From assembly GCA_028871195.1 (NCBI GenBank), contig JAGWNT010000005.1:947-64946 (forward strand): DNA of 64,000 bases, written 5' to 3'. The notes under the pieces were generated by a model. That model was given only the letters and a program-made list of their open reading frames with translations. It made no database searches and was not told where the DNA came from. Source of the DNA: Rhodospirillales bacterium. GTDB taxonomy: Bacteria > Pseudomonadota > Alphaproteobacteria > Acetobacterales > Acetobacteraceae. Below are positions 17,170-25,564 of this stretch, piece after piece (position 1 is the first letter of the stretch; each line of letters begins with the position of its first letter). The position numbers and the translations under genes were made by a program.

Positions 17170-19206
17170 TCAGAGGGCGCTGCACAGGCGCAGCGCGTCG
17201 TAGATGGCGCCGTGGACATTGCGGCTCGACACCGAATCGCCGATGCGATGGAGTTCGAACCCCTTCCCCGTCGGCACCTGCGGCCGACGCTCCAGCAGCG
17301 CATCGATGTCGGTGATGCCGGCATTGTTGGCACTCCCGCGCAAGGCATGGAAGAGCTCGTCCACCGGCACCGTGCCGTGCTCGATCACCACCTGCGAGGC
17401 TTCGAGCTCCATCTCGCTGCCGGTCAGCTCATGGCGGAACGTGGCGACCAGGCGGTTTCCCGCCGGCCGCACGCGGACCAGCTGATGGTCGATGGTGCTG
17501 CGCACCTTGTTTTGGGCGAAGCGCTTGCGATAGACGACGCGCGCCGAATACTCCATCTCCAGCCCGATATTGTCGTCGAGCGTCACGAATTGCACGTGCC
17601 GCCCGTGCTCGGCCAGATGCAGCGCGCAGGATACCGCCTGGTGCCGGCCCGTGCCGTCATAGACGATGACATCCTCTTTGGCCTTCGTGGCGTCGGCGAG
17701 CACGTCCCAGACACTGACGCAATGCTCTCCCCCCTCCAGCCAATCGACATCGGGAAGGCCGCCGGTGGCAATGATGACGGCACTCGGCTGCTCTGCGAGG
17801 ATATCGCTCGCCTCGGCATAGGTGTTGAGGCGGATATCCACGCCGAGGCGCGCCAGCTCGGCCGCCCGCCAATCGACGATGGCAACCAGATCGCGCCGCC
17901 AGGTCGCGCGCACCGCGGTGAGCAATTGCCCGCCGAGCTTGCTGCCGGCCTCGAACAGCACGACATCATGGCCGCGTTCGGCGGCGACCCGCGCGGCTTC
18001 AAGTCCGGCCGGACCGCCACCCACCACAACGACCCGCCGCCCCGGTGCCGCCGAGCGCTCGATCACCTGCGGCAGGATCTGCTCGCGTCCGGTTGCCGGG
18101 TTATGGATGCAGGCGACTTTCTTGTACATGCAATAGGACGCGCCGACGCAGGGACGAATGCGATCCTCCTCACCGCGCATCAGCTTGTTGACAATTTGCG
18201 GGTCCGCCATGTGGGCGCGCGTCATCGCCACCATGTCGAGCACGCCCTCCGCAATGGCGTGCCGGGCGGTGGCTATGTCGGTGATGCGGGCTGCGTGAAA
18301 GACGGGCAGCCGGGTTTCCTGCTTGAACGCGCCAACCGGCTTGAGGAAGGGCGCCATCGGCTGGGACATGCCCGGCATATTGTGCTCGGCCAGGGCGAGG
18401 TCCGTGTCCATCCGGCCAAAGATGGCGTTGAAGAAATCGATATGTCCGGCGCGTTCGAAAAGCCGCGCGATCTTCAGGCACTCGGCAAAATCGATGCCAT
18501 CCTCGATGTCTTCATCGACGACAAAGCGGATCCCGACCAGCCAGGCGTCACCGACGGCGCGGCGGATCGCTTCATGCACCATCAGGCCGAAGCGGGCGCG
18601 GTTCTCGGTTGAGCCACCGAAGCGGTCCGTGCGCAGGTTGGTGCGCGGCGAGAGGAACTGGCCGATCAGGTGGCCGCCGGTCACCGTCTCCACCCCGTCC
18701 AGCCCGCCCTCCTTGCAGCGCAGCGCCGCGGCCGCATAGTCCCTGATGATGCGGGCGATATCGTCCTCGTCCATCTCCCGCGGAATATTGCGATGGCGCG
18801 TCTCGCGCACCCGCGACGGCGCCAGGGTGGGCAGCCAGTTCATCACCGTCGCATCAGCCCGCCGGCCGAGATGGGATATCTGGCACATGATGGCCGCACC
18901 CTGCGCGTGGATGCGCCCGGAGAATTGCTGAAGATCGGGAATGATCGCGTCGGTCGAGACGTCGATCTGCCCGCCGCCCCAACTCGAATCCTTCGACACC
19001 ATCGACGAGCCGCCAAACATCGTCAAAGCCAGCCCGCCCTTGGCCTTCTCCTCATGGTAGCGCTGATAGCGCTCCTTCGGCATACCGCCTTCGTCGAGCG
19101 TGGCGGCATGGCTGGTGCTCATGATGCGGTTGCGCAGCATCAGCCCCTTGATGCGCAGGGGCTGCAACAGGGGATCGCTCTTGCGAGGGGCTGGATTTTC
19201 GGACAT
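17170..19206 (-). CDS. NADH:flavin oxidoreductase (OYE family), N-methylproline demethylase StcD/DgcA-like
   Basis: DPLLQP, HLGRR, RTDRFGGSTENRARF, MTRAHMADP, RPCVGA, GGGPAG and IGDSVSSRNVHGAIYDALRL; 678 aa. Confidence 0.87.
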   Translation of the reverse strand: MSENPAPRKSDPLLQPLRIKGLMLRNRIMSTSHAATLDEGGMPKERYQRYHEEKAKGGLALTMFGGSSMVSKDSSWGGGQIDVSTDAIIPDLQQFSGRIHAQGAAIMCQISHLGRRADATVMNWLPTLAPSRVRETRHRNIPREMDEDDIARIIRDYAAAALRCKEGGLDGVETVTGGHLIGQFLSPRTNLRTDRFGGSTENRARFGLMVHEAIRRAVGDAWLVGIRFVVDEDIEDGIDFAECLKIARLFERAGHIDFFNAIFGRMDTDLALAEHNMPGMSQPMAPFLKPVGAFKQETRLPVFHAARITDIATARHAIAEGVLDMVAMTRAHMADPQIVNKLMRGEEDRIRPCVGASYCMYKKVACIHNPATGREQILPQVIERSAAPGRRVVVVGGGPAGLEAARVAAERGHDVVLFEAGSKLGGQLLTAVRATWRRDLVAIVDWRAAELARLGVDIRLNTYAEASDILAEQPSAVIIATGGLPDVDWLEGGEHCVSVWDVLADATKAKEDVIVYDGTGRHQAVSCALHLAEHGRHVQFVTLDDNIGLEMEYSARVVYRKRFAQNKVRSTIDHQLVRVRPAGNRLVATFRHELTGSEMELEASQVVIEHGTVPVDELFHALRGSANNAGITDIDALLERRPQVPTGKGFELHRIGDSVSSRNVHGAIYDALRLCSAL

Positions 19207-19218
19207 GGCTCGGCACTC

Positions 19219-21093
19219 TCACTCGGCTGAGGCGTGAAGCGGCACGGAGTGGCCGGACGCAGCCCCTCCACTGGACTGGGCGTGCAGCAATTCGGCTTCG
19301 CTGCGATGGCACAAGATGGCAGCGCCCTTTGACAGGTGGCGAAGCGGCGGCGCCACTCGGTCGCATACGGTGTCGAGGCGAACCGCACAGCGCTCGTAGA
19401 AGGGGCAGGCCAGGCCCGCCGCCGCGCGCGTCAACCCGCCCGCCGCCTCGGCGAGGTGCGTGGCGCTGATGCCGTCGAGCCAACCCTGCCGCAGCTCAGG
19501 GACCGACGAGAGCAGAAGATCGGTATAGGGATGCCTGGGTGACCGCTGCATGACCTGCTGGCCACCGCGTTCGACATTGCGCCCCGCATACAGGATCATC
19601 ACCTGGTCGCAGATGGCGCGCACGGTCGCGAGGTCATGGCTGATGAACATGTAGGCGACGCCAAGTTCGCGCCGCAGCTCGGACAGCAGGTCGAGAATGG
19701 CGGCCCCAACCACGGTATCGAGCGCCGATGTCACCTCGTCGCAAAGGATCAGCGCCGGCTCGGCCGCCAGCGCACGGGCGAGATTGAGCCGCTGCTTCTG
19801 TCCGCCGGAAAGGCCCGCCGGCGGGCGCCCCGCGAGGCTTGCCGACAGGCGCACCATGTCAAGCAAGGCAGCGATTCGCCGCGACAGGGCCGCGCCACGC
19901 AGGCCATGATAGAACTGCAGGGGCCGGGCCAGGATGCGCTCGACGCTATGCGCCGGATTGAGCGCCATGTCGGCCATCTGGAAAACGATCTGCACGCGCT
20001 GAAGCTGGGCCCGGCTGCGGGCGGCAGCCTGCGGGGCCAGCGGCTCGCCGTTCAGCGCGATGGTCCCGCGCGCGGCCGGCAGCAGCCCGGCGACCACCTG
20101 TGCGAGCGTGCTCTTGCCGCACCCCGACTCACCGACCACGCCGAGCACCGATCCGGGCATGATGGTGAAGCCGATGTCGCGCAGCACCGGCATCGCGGGC
20201 ATCCCATCGCCGCCCCGTGGCCCATAGCCGGCGACTAGGCCGGACACCTCCAGCAACGGCACGGCGCCATGCGCCGGCGCGCTCGCCGCACCCCGTGGCG
20301 CCGGCGCCGCCGCGGCCAGCAGCGTGCGCGTGTACGGGTGCGCGGGTGCGCCCAGGAGCTGGCCGGCGGGTGCGGCCTCCTGGATCCTGCCGTCGCGAAG
20401 AACGATGATGCGATCGGCCATCTGCGCCACCACGGCAAGATCGTGCGAGACGTAGAGCGCCGTGGTGCCGCGCTCGCGCACCACCGATCTGAAGGCACGA
20501 AGCACCTCGATCTGCGTGGTGACGTCAAGCGCCGTCGTCGGCTCGTCAAGGATCACAAGGTCCGGCTCGGTGATCAGCGCCATCGCGGCGAGCAGGCGCT
20601 GCAGCTGGCCGCCGGAAACCTGGTGGGGAAACAGCGCGCCGACGCCATCCGGATCCGGCAGAGCGAGGGCGCGGAACAATGCGCGCGCCTTTTCCTCGGC
20701 GGCCTTTCGCTGCATCAGGCGGTGGATCAGCACATTCTCGATCACCTGCGCCATGATGCGCTGCGACGGGTTGAAGGCCGCCGCCGCACTTTGCGCGATG
20801 TAGCTTACCGTGCGGCCACGAAATCGGGACAGCGCCGCGGGCGCGAGCGTGGCCGGTTCGGTGGCGCCGACGCGCACCCGCCCGCCGGTGATGGCACAGC
20901 CAGCCCGCGCATGGCCCATCAGCGCCAGCGCAATGGTGGTCTTGCCCGAACCGGACTCGCCGATCAGCGCCACCACCTCGCCGCGCCCGATGGTGAAGCT
21001 GACATCATCGACGATGACGCTGCCCGCGCCGTCGCGCCCGGCGACCACGCGCAGCCCCGCCACCTCGACGAGGGGGGCCTGGTCAATGGCCAT
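19219..21093 (-). CDS. ABC transporter ATP-binding protein, fused double DppD/DppF domains
   Basis: Two Walker A motifs (GESGSGKT, GESGCGKS), two SGGQ signatures and a C-terminal CPF...C...C motif. Confidence 0.92.
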   Translation of the reverse strand: MAIDQAPLVEVAGLRVVAGRDGAGSVIVDDVSFTIGRGEVVALIGESGSGKTTIALALMGHARAGCAITGGRVRVGATEPATLAPAALSRFRGRTVSYIAQSAAAAFNPSQRIMAQVIENVLIHRLMQRKAAEEKARALFRALALPDPDGVGALFPHQVSGGQLQRLLAAMALITEPDLVILDEPTTALDVTTQIEVLRAFRSVVRERGTTALYVSHDLAVVAQMADRIIVLRDGRIQEAAPAGQLLGAPAHPYTRTLLAAAAPAPRGAASAPAHGAVPLLEVSGLVAGYGPRGGDGMPAMPVLRDIGFTIMPGSVLGVVGESGCGKSTLAQVVAGLLPAARGTIALNGEPLAPQAAARSRAQLQRVQIVFQMADMALNPAHSVERILARPLQFYHGLRGAALSRRIAALLDMVRLSASLAGRPPAGLSGGQKQRLNLARALAAEPALILCDEVTSALDTVVGAAILDLLSELRRELGVAYMFISHDLATVRAICDQVMILYAGRNVERGGQQVMQRSPRHPYTDLLLSSVPELRQGWLDGISATHLAEAAGGLTRAAAGLACPFYERCAVRLDTVCDRVAPPLRHLSKGAAILCHRSEAELLHAQSSGGAASGHSVPLHASAE

Positions 21094-21922
21094 GCGGATC
21101 GCCGGGACGGCCGTGCAGGCCATCGATCATCAGGTTCACGCCGATCGTCAGAGTGGCGATGGCCAGCGCCGGCATGATGACGGCCGGCGCCCCGTAGGCC
21201 AGGCCCTCGATATTCTCCCGCACCAGGGATCCCCAATCCGCGAAGGGCGGCTGTATGCCCAGGCCGAGGAAGCTCAAGCCGCTCAACAGCAGCACGACAT
21301 AGATGAAGCGGAGCCCGAAATCGGTCAGGACCGGCAGCACGATGTTGGGCAGGATCTCGGCCCGCATGATGTAGAAGGCGCCCTCTCCGCGCGCCCGCGC
21401 GACCTTGACGAACTCCATGGCGACGATGTTCACCGCGAGGGCCCGCACCGTGCGGTAGGCGCCCGGCAGGTAGATCACGGCCGCCGTCAGCACCAGGATC
21501 GGAATGGAGGAGCCGACGGCCGCGACCACTACGAGGGCAAAGAGCAGGCTGGGCAGGGAGATCAGCGCATCGAGCAGGCGGCTGACGATGGCGTCGCTCC
21601 AGCCGCCATTCGTGGCCGCCCACAACGCCAGCATGCTGCCCGAGAGACTGGCCAGGACGGTCGCCAACGCCGCGACACCGACGGTGTAGCGGGCGCCGAA
21701 GAGAATGCGGCTCAGCATGTCCCGGCCAAGATAATCGGTGCCGAGCAGCGCCGCCCGGCTGCTGGCATCGAGCACCTGGGCGGAGACCACGCTGCCCTCG
21801 CCATGGGGGGCGAGAAAGGGCCCGAACACGGCCATCACGACCCAGAACAGCACGATCGCGAGGCCGATGGCGCCGGCCGGACGAATGCGGCGGCGCAAAC
21901 GGGCGGGACTGGCGATGCTCAT
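21083..21922 (-). CDS. ABC transporter permease, DppC family
   Basis: LGTDYLGRDMLSR, ARARGE and LSFLGLGIQPP. Confidence 0.92.
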   Translation of the reverse strand: MSIASPARLRRRIRPAGAIGLAIVLFWVVMAVFGPFLAPHGEGSVVSAQVLDASSRAALLGTDYLGRDMLSRILFGARYTVGVAALATVLASLSGSMLALWAATNGGWSDAIVSRLLDALISLPSLLFALVVVAAVGSSIPILVLTAAVIYLPGAYRTVRALAVNIVAMEFVKVARARGEGAFYIMRAEILPNIVLPVLTDFGLRFIYVVLLLSGLSFLGLGIQPPFADWGSLVRENIEGLAYGAPAVIMPALAIATLTIGVNLMIDGLHGRPGDPHGH

Positions 21923-22872
21923 CGGTGGCGCAGCCGCGGGTTGGACAGGATGGCGAAAACATCCGCCAGCAGCACGAGCAGCAGATAGGCCGTGCAGAAG
22001 ATCATGGCGCAGGCCTGCACCAGCGGCATGTCGCGCGTCGTCACCGCATCGACCATCAGCTTGGCAAGACCGGGGTAGTTGAAGATGGTCTCGACAATGA
22101 TGACGCCGCCGAGCAGGAAGGAGACGCTGAGCGCCACGGCATTGACGATGGGGCCGAGCGCGTTGGGCAGCGCATGGAGCAGCACCAGCCGCAACGGCCG
22201 CACGCCCTTCAGCACGGCCATTTCGACATATGATGAGTCCAGCACATTGATCAGCGCCGCCCGGGTCATCCGCGCGATCTGCGCGATGACGACGAAGCTG
22301 AGCGTCATCACCGGCAACGCGAAGGCGCGCAGCAGCTGCACGGCCGAGCGATCCGGCATTTCATAGAACATCGACGGAAGCCAGTGCCGCTGCACGGCGA
22401 AGACCAGCACCGCCAGCGTGGCAACCAGGAACTCGGGCACCGAAACCGCCGACACGGTCAGCAGCCCGACGATCCGGTCATAGGCGCCGCCGCGCCACAC
22501 CGCGGCCGTGATGCCGAGGACGAGGGCGACCGGCACCGCCACCATGGCGGTGAGCCCCGCCAGCAGAAGCGAGTTGGGCAGCCGGCTGCCGATCAGCTGC
22601 GCCACCGGCAGATCGTTCACCAGCGAGTTGCCGGGGTGCAGCGTCAGCAGGCCACCGAGCCAGGTGAGATAGCGCAGCCAGGCCGGCTGATCGAGATGCA
22701 TCACGGCCCGCAAGGCGGCAACCGCCTCCGGCGTGGCGCTCTGGCCGAGCACCGCCTGGGCGACATCGCCAGGCAGCAGCTCGGTGGCCATGAACACCAG
22801 CACGGAGACGATCAGCAGCGTCAGCAGGCTGACGGCGAGGCGGGCCATCAGCAGGCGGACAAGCGGGGCCAT
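21919..22872 (-). CDS. ABC transporter permease, DppB family
   Basis: LPGDVA, YVEMAVLKG, HALPNAL, ETIFNYPG and NPRLR. Confidence 0.92.
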   Translation of the reverse strand: MAPLVRLLMARLAVSLLTLLIVSVLVFMATELLPGDVAQAVLGQSATPEAVAALRAVMHLDQPAWLRYLTWLGGLLTLHPGNSLVNDLPVAQLIGSRLPNSLLLAGLTAMVAVPVALVLGITAAVWRGGAYDRIVGLLTVSAVSVPEFLVATLAVLVFAVQRHWLPSMFYEMPDRSAVQLLRAFALPVMTLSFVVIAQIARMTRAALINVLDSSYVEMAVLKGVRPLRLVLLHALPNALGPIVNAVALSVSFLLGGVIIVETIFNYPGLAKLMVDAVTTRDMPLVQACAMIFCTAYLLLVLLADVFAILSNPRLRHR

Positions 22873-22885
22873 TGCGCGTGGTATC

Positions 22886-24505
22886 TCAGGCCAGCCAGAC
22901 ATTCTCGGCGAAGTCGAAGCCCATCATCCCGCCCGTCGGGATCGGACGGAGCCCCTTGAGGCGCGCGCTATGGGCGTCGAGATTGCTGAGGAACAGCGGA
23001 ATGCCGATTCCGGCATCGTCGCGGATCATCCCCTGCATGTCCCAGTACATCGCCTTGCGCTTGGCCAGGTCGAGCTCGGAACGCGCGGCCAGCAGGAGGC
23101 TGTCGAACTTGGCGTCCTTCCATTTGGACTCGTTCCACGGCGCGTCGGACTTGAAGAACAGCGTCAGCAGGATGTCCGCGCTCGGGCGAGGGTTGATGTT
23201 GCCGAAGCACAGCGGCGCCTTGAGCCAGTAATTCGACCAGTAGCCGCCCGCCGGCACCTGCTTGATGTCGAGATTGAGCCCGATCTTGCGCGCCGCGCCC
23301 TGCATCAGCACCGCCATGTCCACCGAGGAGGAAGCGGCGGTCGAGGCCACCAGCGGCACCGCGGTGGCGCCGATGCCTGATTTCTTGAGATGGAACTTGG
23401 CGCGCTCCGGATCGAAGGGCCGCTGGGCGAGATGGGGGTTGTAGAAGCGGTTGGTCGGGTCGATCGGCTGGTCGTTGCCGACCACGGCATAGTTCTGGAA
23501 GATGGCGCGCTTCATCTGCTCGCGATCCATCAGGTATTTCAGCGCCATCACGAAATCCGCATTGCCGGTCTGCGCCACGTCCAGCCGCGCGATCAGGTCG
23601 GTGTAGCCGCCTGATCGCGTCTCGAACACATCGTAGCCATGCGCGGCCTTAACCTGGCGGGTGGCGCGCGGGTTGATGCCGCCGGCGAGCTGGATGTCGC
23701 CGGCCAGCAGGGCGTTCACCCGCGCCGCGTCATCGGCAATGCCGAAGAACTCGATCTGGTCGAGATAGGGCTTGCCGGCCTTCCAGTAATGCGGATTGCG
23801 CACGCCGACGGAGCGCACGCCCGGGGCGAACTCCTTGCACTTATAGGCGCCCGTGCCATTGGCGGTGGTGAAATTCGTCGTGCCGTTCTTGATGATCTTG
23901 AAATGAAACGTCCCCAGCGCGACCGGAAGATCGGCATTCGGGGTGGCCAGCGTGATGCGCACCTCCTGCGGTCCCATCGCCTTGATCTCGGTCATCTGCG
24001 TCGCCAGCGGGCGGGCCGGCGAGCCGATCTTGGGGTCCTGGAGGCGTGTCAGCGAATAGACGACGTCGTCCGCCGTCATCGTGGCACCGTCGTGGAACTC
24101 GACGCCCTTGCGCAGCTTCAGCGTCCACACGCGGGCATCGGCACTCTCGAAGGATTCGGCCAGCACCGGCTGCGGCGTGAGGTTGGCGTCCAGCGCCGTC
24201 AGGCCGTTATAGAACATGTTGCAGCGAACATAGTCGGTGGAGAGGGATTGGCGGGCGGGGTCCACCGTGTCGGTGGTGCCGCTGGAATAGCCGGCGACGC
24301 GGATGCTGCCGCCTGTCTTCGGCGTTTCGGCGGCAGCCGCCAGCGCTTGCGTGGCAACCAGTCCCGAGGCTGTGAGCCCCATGCCGCCGGCCGCGAGCCA
24401 GCCCATCAGCGCCCGCCGGGTCGCGCCGGCGCCGGCCATGCGTTGAAGCGTCGCGGCGTCGGCGTCGTCCAGGGTCGGGCTCAAAGCGGGGTCTTGCTCG
24501 CTCAT
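22886..24505 (-). CDS. ABC transporter substrate-binding protein (family 5), probable Tat substrate
   Basis: TRRALM signal, KLRKGVEFHDG and NGTGAYK. Start placed at ATG 24505. Confidence 0.9.
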   Translation of the reverse strand: MSEQDPALSPTLDDADAATLQRMAGAGATRRALMGWLAAGGMGLTASGLVATQALAAAAETPKTGGSIRVAGYSSGTTDTVDPARQSLSTDYVRCNMFYNGLTALDANLTPQPVLAESFESADARVWTLKLRKGVEFHDGATMTADDVVYSLTRLQDPKIGSPARPLATQMTEIKAMGPQEVRITLATPNADLPVALGTFHFKIIKNGTTNFTTANGTGAYKCKEFAPGVRSVGVRNPHYWKAGKPYLDQIEFFGIADDAARVNALLAGDIQLAGGINPRATRQVKAAHGYDVFETRSGGYTDLIARLDVAQTGNADFVMALKYLMDREQMKRAIFQNYAVVGNDQPIDPTNRFYNPHLAQRPFDPERAKFHLKKSGIGATAVPLVASTAASSSVDMAVLMQGAARKIGLNLDIKQVPAGGYWSNYWLKAPLCFGNINPRPSADILLTLFFKSDAPWNESKWKDAKFDSLLLAARSELDLAKRKAMYWDMQGMIRDDAGIGIPLFLSNLDAHSARLKGLRPIPTGGMMGFDFAENVWLA

Positions 24506-24597
24506 GACAGCTGCCTTTCTGCGGTTGCTGGTGGCCTCTTTGTGGGGAGAGGCAATGACGAGCCGCATGTCTTCCATGTTTTTTTGCATGGGTCATG

Positions 24598-24634
24598 TTG
24601 ACAAAACTCAAGGGGGTCATACGCTGAGCGTATG
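24598..24634 (+). promoter_or_regulatory. LysR gene promoter and palindromic operator
   Basis: TTGACA(24598)-N16-TACGCT(24620). A perfect palindrome, CATACGCT-G-AGCGTATG (24618-24634), contains T-N11-A and the start codon. Confidence 0.7.
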
Positions 24635-25564
24635 TCCATGCTTGGCCGCCTGGTTCCCTCGGCGCGCGGGCTGCTGGTGTTCGAGGCGGCGGCACGCACC
24701 GGAAGTTGCAGTGCGGCGGCACGGGAGTTCAATCTCACCCAGCCCTCGGTCAGCCGGAACATCGCCCAGCTTGAGGCGCATCTGGGCATGCCTTTGTTCA
24801 TCCGCAGCCCGTCCGGCATGGAACTGACGCCCGAAGGCCAGGTGCTGCACGACGCCCTGAGCGAGGGGTTCCAGAAAGTCGTCGCGGCGCTGCAGGAGAT
24901 CGTCGCCCAACGCACCCGCCAGCAGGTCGTCGAGCTCTCGCTCTCGACCGCGTTCGTGACGCACTGGTTCATTCCCCGGATGGGCGCGTTCCACAAAGTG
25001 TTCCCGGCCGTGGATCTGCGCTTCCAGCTGATCTCGGGCGCGCTGCGCGGGCCGCCGGGCAATGTCGATCTGGCCATGCGGATGATGACCGAGCACGACA
25101 GCGAGTTCCACAGCTGGCCATTCGCGCCGGAGCTGATCATTCCGGTGTGCAGCCCGGCCTATCTGGCGCGCAACGGCACGCTGGAGCAGGCGACGCGGGG
25201 CAGCGGCCACACCCTGCTGCATCTCTCCGACACACCGCTCGACCGCGACACGCTATGGAGCGGCATCGTCAGCAGCCGCGCCCTGCGGCCGACCTGGATC
25301 GAGTTCTCCGATTACGGCGTGGTCCTGCAGGCGGCCATGAACGGCGAAGGGGTCGCCCTTGGCTGGATCACCGTGGTCTCGCGCGCCCTCGCGGTCGGCA
25401 GCCTCGTTCCCGCCTCGAGCCGGCGCATCCGCACCGGGCGAAGCTACCACCTGCTGGCGTCGCGGGCGCGCCCGGTGCGCGACGTCGTCGCCGCCATCCG
25501 CGACTGGATGATCGCCGAGATGGCGGGCGACATGGCACTTCTGGCGAAGCAGCGCATGGAATGA
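24632..25564 (+). CDS. LysR family transcriptional regulator (GcvA-like)
   Basis: HTH FEAAARTGS...AAREFNLTQPSVSRNIAQLE...LF; substrate domain with AAMNGEGVALGW. Divergent from the ABC operon. Confidence 0.93.
   Translation: MSMLGRLVPSARGLLVFEAAARTGSCSAAAREFNLTQPSVSRNIAQLEAHLGMPLFIRSPSGMELTPEGQVLHDALSEGFQKVVAALQEIVAQRTRQQVVELSLSTAFVTHWFIPRMGAFHKVFPAVDLRFQLISGALRGPPGNVDLAMRMMTEHDSEFHSWPFAPELIIPVCSPAYLARNGTLEQATRGSGHTLLHLSDTPLDRDTLWSGIVSSRALRPTWIEFSDYGVVLQAAMNGEGVALGWITVVSRALAVGSLVPASSRRIRTGRSYHLLASRARPVRDVVAAIRDWMIAEMAGDMALLAKQRME

Noticed and set aside
25147..25560. 138-aa N-terminal extension of MgtA in the ORF track
   Set aside because: It overlaps the lysR coding region in another frame and has shadow-like composition.
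1..25564. Calling the catabolic cluster a mobile element
   Set aside because: It looks somewhat less GC-rich by eye, but no integrase, transposase, tRNA or flanking repeat is visible, and the left end is outside the window.
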